From positions 2,401 to 66,400 of the forward strand of contig DATEZO010000094.1 of NCBI GenBank assembly GCA_035255485.1: a stretch of DNA of 64,000 nucleotides, given 5' to 3'. The translations under genes and the position numbers were made by a program. The DNA is from Burkholderiaceae bacterium. GTDB taxonomy: Bacteria; Pseudomonadota; Gammaproteobacteria; Burkholderiales; Burkholderiaceae_D. A model generated the notes under the pieces. It was not told the origin of the DNA, did no database searches, and saw only the letters and a list, made by a program, of their open reading frames with translations. Of the stretch, positions 7,568 to 18,257 are shown in pieces; position 1 is the stretch's first letter, and each line of letters opens with the position of its first letter.

Positions 7568-8089
7568 CTACGCCGCATTCAGCAGCGATTGCCCCGGATG
7601 CCAGTCGCACGGCGTCAAGCCGCCTGCCTGCAAGGCTTGCAAGGTACGCAGGGTTTCCTCGGTGGAGCGGCCGACGTTGCTGCTATTGATGGTGACCGAC
7701 TCGATCACGCCTTCCGGATTGACAATGAAGGTAGCACGTTGCGCAAAGCCTTCCGGCGACAAAATGCCGCAGCCTTGCGCCAATTGCCGTGTCAGGTCGC
7801 CGATCAAGGGAAACGCGAGCTTGCCCAAACCGTGTTCGGTCCACGCCTTGTGGCAATGCACGGAATCGACCGATGCACCGAGCACGACCGTGTTGGCTTT
7901 TTCGAATTCGCCATACAGCCGGTTGAAGCCCTGGATCTCGGTTGGACATACGAAAGTGAAATCGAGCGGGTAAAAGAACAGCACCAGCCATTTCCCTTGA
8001 AAATCGGCCAGCTTGAGCGGTGCGAATTCGCCATTCGGCATCAGTGCTTCGCCGCTGAATGCAGGCAATGTCTGTCCTACAGTTAACAT
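7568..8089 (-). CDS. 2-Cys peroxiredoxin (AhpC/Prx1 family)
   Basis: FFYPLDFTFVCPTEI peroxidatic Cys motif and a C-terminal resolving Cys (LTPCDW). ATG at 8087-8089 preceded by GGAAAGGA. Confidence 0.9.
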   Translation of the reverse strand: MLTVGQTLPAFSGEALMPNGEFAPLKLADFQGKWLVLFFYPLDFTFVCPTEIQGFNRLYGEFEKANTVVLGASVDSVHCHKAWTEHGLGKLAFPLIGDLTRQLAQGCGILSPEGFAQRATFIVNPEGVIESVTINSSNVGRSTEETLRTLQALQAGGLTPCDWHPGQSLLNAA

Positions 8090-8343
8090 GGTATTTCCTT
8101 TCCTTGATGGATTGCCGCGTGTGATGTCCGGTGTTGCCATTTGCGCATCAGTGCACAACTGTCCGACATCAGCAAGCAGTTGGCAGTTCCACCCGGCTGG
8201 CAATGGAGGGCGCCGGAATGCAGGCGGTTGAATTGCAGCCTGTACCTTGCCATTCTTGCGCGGAGTGGGCGAAGCAAGGATCGCTTGCCATGGTTTCCGC
8301 GCAGCTCAATTGCCTGTGCGCAGCCGTTGTATCTGATGTTTGA

Positions 8344-8553
8344 TCAGGCTGCCATCGCTTCGTATTCCAGCATGTTTTCTTGCGCGTTGGCTTCCAGGCA
8401 TTCACGCAATACCTGCCTGGCGCAGGAATTGCATTTGCCGCAACAGGCAGCCACGCCGAGATTGTTGCGCAGTTCCGCCATGCTGGTCATGCCGGCATCC
8501 ACGGCCTGCCGGATCTGGCGATCGGAAACATTGTTGCAGACACAGACAATCAT
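8344..8553 (-). CDS. bfd: Bacterioferritin-associated ferredoxin (2Fe-2S)
   Basis: 69 aa. MIVCVCNNVSDRQIRQAV...CCGKC is the BFD-like [2Fe-2S] signature. Confidence 0.9.
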   Translation of the reverse strand: MIVCVCNNVSDRQIRQAVDAGMTSMAELRNNLGVAACCGKCNSCARQVLRECLEANAQENMLEYEAMAA

Positions 8554-8776
8554 TGAGGCACCTTGCTGCAGTTAAATGAAATCAAACGGTTTAAAAAGCA
8601 ATTTTCCTGATGGATCCTGCATGGCGGATGTTCACTTGCGCCATCGGCAAAACGATGCCTGACGCCTGATTTGCCTGGCCGCTTCCGATAGGGCCGCCAG
8701 ATGCAACGCGGCGGAAATATCGCAGGCAAGACAGGCGGAACCGGAAAAACCATCCATCTGCTTTATCATTTCTGCA

Positions 8777-8795
8777 AATGAGAACAATTCGCATT
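8777..8795. promoter_or_regulatory. Fur-box-like site AATGAGAACAATTCGCATT
   Basis: 15/19 identical to the hemP box with the same AATG..CATT ends. Lies 224 nt upstream of bfd and is followed by ATGATAAAG. Confidence 0.6.
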
Positions 8796-9143
8796 CAAAT
8801 TATTGCCCATCTTACCTTGAATTGCAACTCTTTTTTCAAGGGGCGGCATGTTTGGACACGCGACTTTCCAACTGGGTGAGCTTGATCCATCCGGTGATCA
8901 ATTTCCGGTTTGGTTATTTCCGCCGCCCGACAGAATGGCAATAGAAAAGTGCGCACGTCCCAGGCACTCATGTCATGGAGCATGAGCAATTTATGGGGGG
9001 GAGTATAGGAATAAATATAGTTATATGCGCAACAAATACGTGGCATTTCAAAAATACAGCAGGGTGTATTGTAGATTGTAAAATCGGCCGGAGGTGTCGG
9101 CGGCGTTTCATTTCGTCCGCCAACGTGCGGCAGGCGGGCCTCA

Positions 9144-10262
9144 TCATGCCGGTTCGCGCAAAGCTGAGTGTGCTTCGATGATGCCGCCGCCCAAGCAAAC
9201 TTCGCCCTGATACAGTACGGCCGACTGGCCCGGCGTCACCGCCCATTGCAGCTCCGGGAATGCCAGGGAAAATCCGGCTTCCCCGGCCGCCTGGAAATCG
9301 CAAGCGACATCCGCCTGGCGATAACGAGTCTTTGCCGATAACCGGTGCAATCCTTCCGGCGCCCGGCCGGCAATCCAGCTGGCCTGGCTGGCCTGCAAGG
9401 ACGAGGACAGGAGCCACGGATGGTCATGGCCTTGCACGACATGCAGCGTGTTGCTGTCGATATCCTTGCGGGCGACGTACCATGGCTCGCTGTCGCCGGC
9501 GGGAGTCTGGTGCGATTTCAGGCCGCCCAGGCCGATGCCCTTGCGTTGTCCGAGCGTATAAAAGCTCAACCCGACATGCGCGCCGACGGTTTGTCCGTCC
9601 GGGGTTTTCATCGGCCCCGGCTGGTAAGACAGATAACGATTCAGGAATTCGCGGAAAGGACGTTCGCCGATGAAGCAAATGCCGGTCGAGTCCTTCTTTC
9701 TGGCATTCGGCAGCTGCAGTTGTTCGGCAATCCGGCGCACTTCGGTCTTGTTGATTTCACCCAGCGGAAACAGGGTTTTCGACAATTGCGCTTGATTCAG
9801 CCGGTGCAGGAAATAGCTTTGATCCTTGCTGGCGTCGAGCGCTTTCAGCAATTCGAATTGCCCGCCGTTCTGGCGCACCCGCGCATAATGGCCGGTGGCG
9901 ATCAGATCCGCGCCCAGCGTCAGCGCATGGTCGAGAAACGACTTGAACTTGATTTCGGCATTGCACAGCACATCCGGATTGGGTGTGCGGCCGGCCTGGT
10001 ATTCGCGCAGGAATTCGGCGAACACGCGGTCCTTGTATTCGGCGGCGAAGTTGACCGCTTCGATGTCGACGCCGATTACATCGGCCACGCTGGCCGCGTC
10101 GATCCAATCCTGGCGCGAGGAACAGTATTCGGCATCGTCGTCGTCTTCCCAGTTCTTCATGAACAGGCCGATTACGTCATACCCCTGCTCTTTCAGCAGC
10201 CATGCGGAGACCGAGGAATCGACCCCGCCCGACATGCCGATGACGACCTTCCTTTTACGCAT
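9144..10262 (-). CDS. mnmA: tRNA 2-thiouridine(34) synthase MnmA
   Basis: [20 protein letters not shown]-loop motif. Full-length colinearity with MnmA. Confidence 0.95.
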   Translation of the reverse strand: MRKRKVVIGMSGGVDSSVSAWLLKEQGYDVIGLFMKNWEDDDDAEYCSSRQDWIDAASVADVIGVDIEAVNFAAEYKDRVFAEFLREYQAGRTPNPDVLCNAEIKFKSFLDHALTLGADLIATGHYARVRQNGGQFELLKALDASKDQSYFLHRLNQAQLSKTLFPLGEINKTEVRRIAEQLQLPNARKKDSTGICFIGERPFREFLNRYLSYQPGPMKTPDGQTVGAHVGLSFYTLGQRKGIGLGGLKSHQTPAGDSEPWYVARKDIDSNTLHVVQGHDHPWLLSSSLQASQASWIAGRAPEGLHRLSAKTRYRQADVACDFQAAGEAGFSLAFPELQWAVTPGQSAVLYQGEVCLGGGIIEAHSALREPA

Positions 10263-10740
10263 CGGTTGCTCCGATAACGCTTGGATGCGTGTAAATCAGC
10301 GATAGAGGCGCGCGCTTGCCGTTCAGGTAATCTTCCGCGCATTGCAGCACCAGCGGGCTGCGATGCCGGTCGCGGCAGGCGAGCATTTCCGCATGGGTCA
10401 TCCAGACGGTGCGCAGAATGCCTTCATCGAGCGGCAGATCATGCGCGACGCCGAGTTCACCGCAGAAGGTAAAGCGCAAATAGGTGACCTGGGTGCCGGT
10501 GCGGGAGGACAGGTAGCGCGACATGTACATGCCGACCAGGGCGGTCGGCGTGAAATCATGCGCGGTTTCTTCCAGCGTTTCCCGCACCACTGCCTGCAGC
10601 AGCGATTCGTTCGGGTCCAGATGGCCGGCGGGCTGGTTGAAACGAATGCCGTCGCTGGTTTCTTCTTCCACCAGCAGGAATTTGCCATCGCGTTCGATGA
10701 TCGCGGCAACCGTGACGGAAGGTTTCCAGATATCGGTCAT
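10255..10740 (-). CDS. NUDIX hydrolase
   Basis: Nudix box [22 protein letters not shown]. Overlaps the mnmA start by 8 nt. Confidence 0.85.
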   Translation of the reverse strand: MTDIWKPSVTVAAIIERDGKFLLVEEETSDGIRFNQPAGHLDPNESLLQAVVRETLEETAHDFTPTALVGMYMSRYLSSRTGTQVTYLRFTFCGELGVAHDLPLDEGILRTVWMTHAEMLACRDRHRSPLVLQCAEDYLNGKRAPLSLIYTHPSVIGATDA

Positions 10741-11364
10741 ATATTCCCTTGAAAATGGGCACTTATTGTACCGTGCGTCATTGCGTCTTGCGCGATTGAC
10801 CGGATGCGCCGGCGGACAGGCTGACAGTACCGCCCGAATGGAATGAGCGTTTCCTGAATACCGGAAAAAGAGACAGAATATTTTGATTCTGATTAATTTT
10901 TTGAATGAATCGTTTGGCGAATCAGCAAAAAAGCGGCAAAATCCACGGCATCAAATCATTTGCTGCTCGTGCATTCAATGAAAATGCATTCATAGGCAAG
11001 CTCACATAATGGGTTTTGCCGGTCAATCAATTACAGGAAGATTGTTCTTGCGCCAAGTTTCCGTGCGGGATTTTCATGTAAGATTCACGTAAGTCTCGCC
11101 AACCTTTGAAGAAACCATGCATACCGGCATATCCATCGGAGCATGGTTCGCCAGGGTTTGGCCTGGCTTGCTGCCATCCTCGAACCCATCGAAAGAGCGT
11201 GCCGGGCTTGTCGGCTTGCCGCACGGTTTGCGGCGGGAGTTGGCGTAAATGGCAAATCGATGCAATTTCAAGGTGCGCTCTCCAATGGAAGATCGGAAAT
11301 GTCGCCGTGACACTGTCATGCGGCGTCAGGAATGTATTGTGTAAAGTGTAAAGAGGAGATGTAC

Positions 11365-11724
11365 ATGCAACGTGTAATGCTTCGCGCCAAGATTCACCGA
11401 GTGGCGGTCACCCAGTGCGACCTGAACTATGAAGGTTCATGCGGGATTGATGAAAACCTGCTGGAAGCGGCGGATATTCGCGAATTCGAAAAAATCGAGC
11501 TCTACAACGTCAACAATGGCGAGCGTTTCTCAACCTATGCGATCAAGGGAAAACGCGGCAGCGGGGAAATTTCGCTCAATGGCGCGGCGGCACGTCGTGC
11601 ACATCTTGGCGATCTTCTCATTATCTGCACCTATGCACCGATGAGCGATGCCGAGGTGGAAACCTACCAGCAGAAGATCGTGTTTGTGGATGAAAAGAAT
11701 CAGATCACCGGACTGAAGAAATAA
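11365..11724 (+). CDS. panD: Aspartate 1-decarboxylase
   Basis: [29 protein letters not shown] contains the self-processing G-S site. RBS AGAGGAG lies upstream of the ATG at 11365. Confidence 0.95.
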   Translation: MQRVMLRAKIHRVAVTQCDLNYEGSCGIDENLLEAADIREFEKIELYNVNNGERFSTYAIKGKRGSGEISLNGAAARRAHLGDLLIICTYAPMSDAEVETYQQKIVFVDEKNQITGLKK

Positions 11725-11814
11725 CCGGCAATGCAGTGACCGGCAACGGAGGCGGATGGCAGTGCCGCTCCCGATGGCCACCATGATAATACTAATATGA
11801 CAAGGGAGGAGCGT

Positions 11815-13404
11815 ATGCCTCTAATGATTGGAGTGCCGCGGGAAGTCTTTCCGGGCGAAAAGCGCGTCGCGACCGTACCGGAGGTCGTCGAGAAATTGAT
11901 CAAGCTGGGTTTCCCGGTTGCCGTTGAATCCGGCGCCGGCGACCTGGCAAATTTCGATGACGATTCCTACCGCGCTGTCGGCGCCCAAATCATTGAAGGT
12001 GCAGCCAAGCTGTGGGCAGCATCCGATATCGTTTTCAAGGTGCGCGAGCCGAGTGCGGACGAAGTCGAATTGATGCATGCAGGCCAGACGTTGATCAGCT
12101 TCATCTGGCCCGCTCAGCACCCGGAATTGATGCAACAACTGGCGGCCAAGAAAGCCACCGTGCTGGCCATCGACGCGCTGCCGCGCATGCTGTCCCGCGC
12201 CCAGAAGATGGACGCGTTAACGTCCCAGGCCGGCGTTGCCGGCTACCGCGCCGTCATCGAGGCTGCCAACGCCTTCGGCCGCTTTTTCAACGGCCAGATC
12301 ACTGCTGCGGGCAAGGTGCCGCCGGCCAAGGTCTTTATCGCCGGCGCCGGCGTGGCCGGCCTGGCGGCAATCGGCACTGCAGCCGGTCTGGGCGCGATCG
12401 TGCGCGCCAACGACACCCGTGCCGAAGTGGCCGACCAGGTGGTGTCGCTGGGCGGTGAATTCGTCAAGGTCGATTATGAGGAAGAGGGCTCGGGCGGCGG
12501 CGGTTACGCCAAAGTGATGAGCGAGGGCTTCCAGCAAGCGCAGCGCGAGATGTACGCCAAGCAGGCCAGGGAGGTGGACATCATCATCACCACCGCACTG
12601 ATCCCGGGCAAGCCGGCGCCGAAGCTGATCACCGCCGAGATGGTCAGGAGCATGAAGCCGGGCAGCGTGATCGTCGACATGGCGGCCGAGCGCGGCGGCA
12701 ACTGCGAACTGACCGAGCCCGGCCAGGCAGTCGTGAAGCACGGCGTGACCATCGTCGGCTACACCGACCTGAACTCGCGTCTGGCCAAGCAGTCGTCGAC
12801 GCTGTACGGCACCAACCTGTTCCGCCTCACCGAAGAGCTGTGCAAGACCAAGGATGGCAACATCGACGTCAATATGGAAGACGACGCCATCCGCGGCCTG
12901 ACGGTCATCAAGGACGGCGAGATCACTTGGCCGGCGCCGGCACCCAAGCTGCCGCCGGCCGCTGCCAAGCCAGCCGCCAAACCGGTCGCGCCACCGGCGG
13001 CGAAAGGGCACGGCCATGGCGCGACGGGCGCGCCGGCTTCCGGCAACCGCATCGCGATTCTGTTCGGCGTGGTGGCGATACTGTTCTGGTTCATCGGCGC
13101 TCACGCCCCGGCAGCATTCCTCGGCCATCTGACGGTGTTTGTGCTGGCCTGTTTCGTGGGATACATGGTGGTCTGGAATGTTACGCCGGCCCTGCATACG
13201 CCGCTGATGAGCGTGACCAACGCGATTTCCAGCATCATCGCGATCGGTGCGCTGGTGCAGGTCGCACCGCCGATTGCGGAGGCGATCGAGCGGCCGACGG
13301 ACTGGATCCGCTGGCTGGCGGTGATCGGCATCGTGCTCACCTCGATCAACATGTTCGGCGGTTTCGCCGTGACGCGCCGCATGCTGGCGATGTTCCGCAA
13401 ATAA
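11815..13404 (+). CDS. pntA: NAD(P) transhydrogenase subunit alpha (fused dI + dII-alpha TM part)
   Basis: [17 protein letters not shown]-terminus, Rossmann motif [13 protein letters not shown], Pro/Ala linker, C-terminal TM helices. RBS AGGGAGGA. Confidence 0.95.
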   Translation: MPLMIGVPREVFPGEKRVATVPEVVEKLIKLGFPVAVESGAGDLANFDDDSYRAVGAQIIEGAAKLWAASDIVFKVREPSADEVELMHAGQTLISFIWPAQHPELMQQLAAKKATVLAIDALPRMLSRAQKMDALTSQAGVAGYRAVIEAANAFGRFFNGQITAAGKVPPAKVFIAGAGVAGLAAIGTAAGLGAIVRANDTRAEVADQVVSLGGEFVKVDYEEEGSGGGGYAKVMSEGFQQAQREMYAKQAREVDIIITTALIPGKPAPKLITAEMVRSMKPGSVIVDMAAERGGNCELTEPGQAVVKHGVTIVGYTDLNSRLAKQSSTLYGTNLFRLTEELCKTKDGNIDVNMEDDAIRGLTVIKDGEITWPAPAPKLPPAAAKPAAKPVAPPAAKGHGHGATGAPASGNRIAILFGVVAILFWFIGAHAPAAFLGHLTVFVLACFVGYMVVWNVTPALHTPLMSVTNAISSIIAIGALVQVAPPIAEAIERPTDWIRWLAVIGIVLTSINMFGGFAVTRRMLAMFRK

Positions 13405-13414
13405 GGGGCGACAA

Positions 13415-14839
13415 ATGTCTGAAAGTCTTACAACGGTCGCTTACCTTGGCGCGACGATTCTCTTCATCCTGAGCCTGGGCGGCCTGTCCAATCCGGAAAC
13501 TTCGCGGCGCGGCAATCTCTACGGCATGATCGGCATGGCCATCGCCGTGCTGGCAACCGTATTCGGCGCCCACGTGACTGCGGCCGGCCTTGGCTGGATC
13601 ATGGCGGCCATGGTGGTGGGCGCCGGCATCGGCCTGTATGCCGCCCGTACCGTGCAGATGACGCAGATGCCGGAACTGGTCGCGCTGATGCACAGCCTGG
13701 TCGGCCTGGCGGCGACGCTGGTCGGCTATGCCAACTACATCGATCCGGCGGCATCGGCCAGTCTGGGCGGCGCGGAAAAATCGATTCACGAAATGGAGAT
13801 CTATATCGGCATCCTGATCGGCGCCGTGACATTTTCCGGTTCACTGATCGCGTTCGGCAAGCTGTCGGGCCGGATCGGCGGCAAACCCTTGCTGTTGCCG
13901 GCGCGTCACTGGCTCAACCTGACCGGTCTGCTGATCGTGATCTGGTTCGGTGCGCAGTTCCTGCATGCGGAAACACCGTCTGCCGGTATGACGCCATTGA
14001 TCGTGATGACCGTGATCGCGCTGCTGTTCGGCATTCACATGGTGATGGCGATCGGCGGCGCCGATATGCCGGTGGTGGTGTCGATGCTGAACAGCTATTC
14101 GGGCTGGGCGGCAGCGGCTACCGGCTTCATGCTGTCGAACGACCTGCTGATCGTGACCGGCGCGCTGGTGGGTTCAAGCGGTGCGATCCTGTCCTACATC
14201 ATGTGTCGCGCGATGAACCGCAATTTCATCAGCGTGATCGCCGGCGGTTTCGGCACCGGCGGCGGCAAGCCGGCCGCATCGGCCGGCGCAGGCGCGGAAC
14301 CGGCAGGCGAAGTCGTATCGGTGACGGCTGCCGAGACCGCCGAATTGCTGCGCGAAGCCAAGAGCGTGATCATCGTGCCGGGCTACGGCATGGCGGTGGC
14401 GCAGGCGCAGCATACGGTCTATGAAATCACCAGGCACCTGCGCGAAAAGGGCGTGAATGTGCGCTTCGGCATCCACCCGGTGGCGGGCCGCATGCCGGGG
14501 CACATGAACGTGCTGCTGGCCGAGGCCAAGGTGCCTTACGATATCGTGATGGAAATGGACGAGTTGAACGAGGACTTCCCGAACACCGATGTTGCCATGG
14601 TGATCGGCGCCAACGACATCGTCAATCCGGCGGCCCAGGAAGATCCGAACAGCCCGATCGCCGGCATGCCGGTGCTGGAAGTATGGAAGGCCAAGACCTC
14701 GATCGTCATGAAGCGCAGCATGGCTTCGGGTTATGCGGGGGTTGACAATCCGCTGTTCTACAAGGACAACAACCGGATGCTGTTCGGCGATGCCAAGAAA
14801 ATGCTGGATGAGGTACTGGTGGTGTTGAAAACCGACTGA
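13415..14839 (+). CDS. pntB: NAD(P) transhydrogenase subunit beta
   Basis: 474 aa. Multi-TM N-terminal half and a dIII NADP(H) domain ([25 protein letters not shown]). Confidence 0.95.
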   Translation: MSESLTTVAYLGATILFILSLGGLSNPETSRRGNLYGMIGMAIAVLATVFGAHVTAAGLGWIMAAMVVGAGIGLYAARTVQMTQMPELVALMHSLVGLAATLVGYANYIDPAASASLGGAEKSIHEMEIYIGILIGAVTFSGSLIAFGKLSGRIGGKPLLLPARHWLNLTGLLIVIWFGAQFLHAETPSAGMTPLIVMTVIALLFGIHMVMAIGGADMPVVVSMLNSYSGWAAAATGFMLSNDLLIVTGALVGSSGAILSYIMCRAMNRNFISVIAGGFGTGGGKPAASAGAGAEPAGEVVSVTAAETAELLREAKSVIIVPGYGMAVAQAQHTVYEITRHLREKGVNVRFGIHPVAGRMPGHMNVLLAEAKVPYDIVMEMDELNEDFPNTDVAMVIGANDIVNPAAQEDPNSPIAGMPVLEVWKAKTSIVMKRSMASGYAGVDNPLFYKDNNRMLFGDAKKMLDEVLVVLKTD

Positions 14840-14864
14840 ACGCCAGTTTGATCCGACGCATGTA

Positions 14865-14892
14865 AAAAAGCCGCGCTCGCGCGGCTTTTTTG
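14865..14892. terminator. Rho-independent (bidirectional-type) terminator after pntB
   Basis: AAAAAAGCCGCGctcgCGCGGCTTTTTTG: a GC stem flanked by an A-run and a T-run. Confidence 0.75.
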
Positions 14893-14968
14893 ACAGTTCA
14901 GTCCAGGCTGAAACATTCCATCCAGCGCGGCAGCCATAATCGGTTTTTTCAAGCAAGAGAGAAAACCG

Positions 14969-16003
14969 ATGATGGAACGCCGCGGATTTTTGCAGGCTGG
15001 AATGGTGCTGGCGATAGCGCCGATAGTCGAATTGGACGCGCGCGCCTCCGCCGCGCCGGCAGGTTTCGATATGAAACGCATTGCCGGTCCGCTGCCGGGG
15101 AAGCGGATCAACGTGATCCGCGCCATCCGCCGCAGCCGGCCCACGCAACCATCGCCCGTACTCTACGTTCACGGCGGCACTTTCGCGGCAGGCTTGGCCG
15201 TCGGCTGGCGCTTCGACGGACGTAGCTGGATGGATGATTTGGCCGATGCCGGCTTCGATGTGTGGGGTTTCGACTTCCTCGGCTTCGGCGGCTCGGACCG
15301 CTACGATGAGATGGCGCAGCCCGCTGCTGCCAGCAAAGCGTTAGGCCGCACACCGCTGGCCTGCCGGCAGATCGATACCGTGGCGCGGCACATCCTGGCC
15401 GTCACCGGCGCGCGCCGCGTGCATTTGGTGGCGCACTCATGGGGCACGCAGCCGGCTGCCAAGTTTGCGGGCGACGCCCCCGGACTGGTCGATCGGCTGG
15501 TGCTGTTTGGCGCCATCCTGGAGCGGCAGCCCGGTATCGCCGTAGTGGCCGATCCCGATACACTGCCCGGCTACACCACCATTACGGTGGATGCGCAATG
15601 GAAGCGCTTCACCGAAGATGTGCCGAAGGATCATCCACCGGTGCTGCTGGAGCGCCATTTCAAACCGTGGAGTGCGGCATACCTCGACACCGATCCCGCC
15701 AGCCGCAACCGTACGCCGCCCGCGGTGCAAACGCCGCTTGGGCCGGTAGCGGATTTCGCCGCTGCCTGGCGCGGCCATTTGTCGTACGATCCAGGCGCGG
15801 TGAAAGCACCGACTATGCTGGTGCGCGGCGAATGGGACAGCCTGTGCGACGATCGGGATGCCGCATGGTTCATGCACCGCTTCACGAATGCAGCCGGAAA
15901 GCGGGATGTCAAAATTCCTGCCGGTACCCATTTGGCGCACCTTGAGGAATCGCGCATCGATTTGTGGAGGACGACGCGCGAATTCCTCATCGATGCGCTG
16001 TGA
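14969..16003 (+). CDS. Tat-exported alpha/beta hydrolase
   Basis: MMERRGFLQAGMVLAIAP twin-arginine signal. Nucleophile elbow LVAHSWG. Alpha/beta fold length. Confidence 0.75.
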   Translation: MMERRGFLQAGMVLAIAPIVELDARASAAPAGFDMKRIAGPLPGKRINVIRAIRRSRPTQPSPVLYVHGGTFAAGLAVGWRFDGRSWMDDLADAGFDVWGFDFLGFGGSDRYDEMAQPAAASKALGRTPLACRQIDTVARHILAVTGARRVHLVAHSWGTQPAAKFAGDAPGLVDRLVLFGAILERQPGIAVVADPDTLPGYTTITVDAQWKRFTEDVPKDHPPVLLERHFKPWSAAYLDTDPASRNRTPPAVQTPLGPVADFAAAWRGHLSYDPGAVKAPTMLVRGEWDSLCDDRDAAWFMHRFTNAAGKRDVKIPAGTHLAHLEESRIDLWRTTREFLIDAL

Positions 16004-16026
16004 GCAACCCGTAACTTTAAACGTCT

Positions 16027-16686
16027 ATGTACAACGTCATATTCCAGGTACAGTCGAGCCTGTCCGGCCATCAAACCTACCTCGACACGGCAAAAATACT
16101 ACGCCCGCAGCTCGATGCCATCCACGGCTTTATCTCCGTTGAGCGCTTTCGAAGCCTGGAACGCGAACCGTGGATCCTGTCGCTGTCGAAATGGGCCGAC
16201 GAAGCGTCGCTCGTCAAATGGCGCACGATGCCGGCGCATTGCGACGCCCAGAAGCTCGGCCGCAACGGCGTGTTCGACGACTACCGCCTGCGCGTGGCGC
16301 AGGTCGTACTGCACGCGCGACCCGGCCAAGCGGAGTGGATACCCGAGCGCCGCACGCCGTACCGTATCGCCCAGGGTCCGGCACGCTTCGCGTCGGTGCT
16401 GGAGATTGGTGGCGCCGACCGTTCGGTATTACAATCGGATCGCCACGCTGTCGATAGCGAATGGTACGAAAGCCTGGCCACTCCGGGAAAATTCGTCTGG
16501 GTCATCGGCTGGCAGGACGAAACGGCGGCGCGGCGCTGGCATGTGGCGACCCGCGCCATGCTTGATACGATGCCGGACGCCGCATTTGAATTGAGCTTGG
16601 TTGAAGTGGAGCGCGATTACGGCCTGTATCCGAGGGACGAGGCGCCACAATTCTTTCCGCCGTCGGCCCGGCGGGAAATTCTCTAA
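16027..16686 (+). CDS. Tandem antibiotic-biosynthesis-monooxygenase (ABM, ferredoxin-like) domain protein
   Basis: The N-terminal half (GFISVERFRSL...SKWADEASLVKWR) is ABM/Dabb-like. The second half repeats the pattern (VWVIGWQDETAARRW). Confidence 0.65.
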   Translation: MYNVIFQVQSSLSGHQTYLDTAKILRPQLDAIHGFISVERFRSLEREPWILSLSKWADEASLVKWRTMPAHCDAQKLGRNGVFDDYRLRVAQVVLHARPGQAEWIPERRTPYRIAQGPARFASVLEIGGADRSVLQSDRHAVDSEWYESLATPGKFVWVIGWQDETAARRWHVATRAMLDTMPDAAFELSLVEVERDYGLYPRDEAPQFFPPSARREIL

Positions 16687-16694
16687 AGGAGCTG

Positions 16695-17405
16695 TTGGTG
16701 GGCGATACCTTTCCCGAATCGCTGTATGTAATCGGTCCCTTGATCGGCGAACCGTCGCGTCTGCGGATGCTGTGGGCGCTCCTGGATGGACGCTCGTATA
16801 CGGCGGGGGAACTGGCCGCCGCCGCGGCCATTTCGCCGGCATCGGCCAGCATGCACCTTGTCAAGCTGGCCGATGCAGGTCTGTTGCAGGTGGTTGCGCA
16901 AGGCCGGCACCGCTACTACCAGTTTTGTAATGAAAGGGTGGCGCACGCGGTGGAGGCTTTGGGGGCGGTTGAATACCGCTCGCGCTCCGCCGTCGCTCAT
17001 GGCGTACCGCGGCGGCTTCCCGCTGGAGCGGTCAGGCATGCGCGCGCCTGCTATGGACACCTGGCCGGCGAAATGGGTGTGGCAGTCTGGGAAACGATGA
17101 TGGAAAAAGCATGGATTGTGTCCGGTAGCGCCGGTTTCGCGCTCACGGAGGCGGGTACGTCGGCGCTGTGCCGGTTGGGGGTTGATGCGGCGGCACTGGC
17201 CGCGCCCGGCTGGCAGGTCAAGCCGTGCATGGACTGGACCGAGCGCACCTTCCATCTCGGCGGGGCACTGGGACGGCGCTTGCTGGATACCTGGATCGAG
17301 CGCGGCGACTTGCGGCGCAACGCGCGTTCGCGGGCGCTGGAGAAAAGCCCTGGGACAACCGTTGCAACCCTGCTTGCACGTGAATCTGCGAAGCAGGCAT
17401 GGTGA
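16695..17405 (+). CDS. ArsR-family winged-helix regulator with C-terminal extension
   Basis: LIGEPSRLRMLWALLDGRSYTAGELAAAAAISPASASMHLVKLADAGLL HTH. Conserved ARACYGHLAG and CMDWTERTFHLGGALG in the C-domain. TTG/GTG start after AAAGGAG. Confidence 0.75.
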   Translation: MVGDTFPESLYVIGPLIGEPSRLRMLWALLDGRSYTAGELAAAAAISPASASMHLVKLADAGLLQVVAQGRHRYYQFCNERVAHAVEALGAVEYRSRSAVAHGVPRRLPAGAVRHARACYGHLAGEMGVAVWETMMEKAWIVSGSAGFALTEAGTSALCRLGVDAAALAAPGWQVKPCMDWTERTFHLGGALGRRLLDTWIERGDLRRNARSRALEKSPGTTVATLLARESAKQAW

Positions 17406-17409
17406 GCGA

Positions 17410-18228
17410 ATGATGCGTGTCTTCGACCTTGCTCCTCATCCGTTGCTGCGCCCTTGCATCGATCGCTTCTGGGGCTGGGAATGCGGGCCGGCCGAGCAGG
17501 TGGCCTTGCCCGTTCTTCTGCCCGGCACCGGCGCCGAGATGTTCTTTCACCACGGCGCTCCGTTTCAACCCGCCGTGGAGACCGTCAATCCGGCCGTCCT
17601 GCAGCAAAGTCATCTCTTGTGCGTGCGCCGCCGGCCACTGCCGCTGGCCGCGCAGCGCGGGATCGGCTTTGTCGCCATCCGCTTCCGGGCAGGCAGGCTG
17701 GGCCGCCTGATGGCGATACCGGCGCGTGAGTGCCTCGATCTGCAATTGCCTGCCGAGGAACTGTGGGGGAATGCCGGACGCGAGCTGGCCGAGCGGGTGG
17801 CTGCCGCCCGCGATTTCCCCGGCCGCGTGGCACTGCTCGAAGATTTTTTGCTGCGGCGGCTGGAAAACGGTTGCCAGGACGCCCTGGTCGAGGCGGCGGT
17901 GGATCGCATTTACCGCAACCCGCAGGATGCGAATATCGCCTTGCTAGCCGACAGCCTGGGGATCGGGCGGCGCCAGTTGGAGCGCCGCTTCCTGCAACAG
18001 GAAGGGATTTCACCCGCCGAGTTCCGCCGCGTGACGCGTTTTCAGAAAGGGGTGCGGCGCCTGATGCTGGAGCCCTCGTTGCCAGTGCTGGATGCGGCGC
18101 TTGACCACGGTTATTACGATCAGGCCCATTTTTGCCGCGACTTCAAGTCCTTCTGCGGCAGATCGCCCGCGTGCCATCTGGCGACCGCTCGGCGCATGAC
18201 GCATTTTTACAATACACCGCGCGCCTGA
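17410..18228 (+). CDS. AraC-family transcriptional regulator
   Basis: C-terminal AraC HTH (IALLADSLGIGRRQLERRFLQQEGISPAEFRRVTRFQ...GYYDQAHFCRDFK). ATG at 17410 was chosen. The upstream ORF part overlaps the ArsR gene out of frame. Confidence 0.85.
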   Translation: MMRVFDLAPHPLLRPCIDRFWGWECGPAEQVALPVLLPGTGAEMFFHHGAPFQPAVETVNPAVLQQSHLLCVRRRPLPLAAQRGIGFVAIRFRAGRLGRLMAIPARECLDLQLPAEELWGNAGRELAERVAAARDFPGRVALLEDFLLRRLENGCQDALVEAAVDRIYRNPQDANIALLADSLGIGRRQLERRFLQQEGISPAEFRRVTRFQKGVRRLMLEPSLPVLDAALDHGYYDQAHFCRDFKSFCGRSPACHLATARRMTHFYNTPRA

Positions 18229-18257
18229 CGCGCGATCATCGGGCTTTTCACTCAACA

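Noticed and set aside
12217-13197. Long antisense or alternate-frame ORFs. Examples: 12217-13197(-), 14174-15172(-), 21549-22670(-), 24103-25746(+), 30925-31995(-), 32129-33172(-), 33169-34212(-), 35353-36819(-), 36983-38017(-), 40569-41591(-), 42097-43251(-), 56328-57722(+)
   Set aside because: These are typical high-GC shadow ORFs. They are Arg/Ala/Gly/Pro-rich and low-complexity, and they fully overlap genes whose translations carry clear family motifs. None has motifs of its own.
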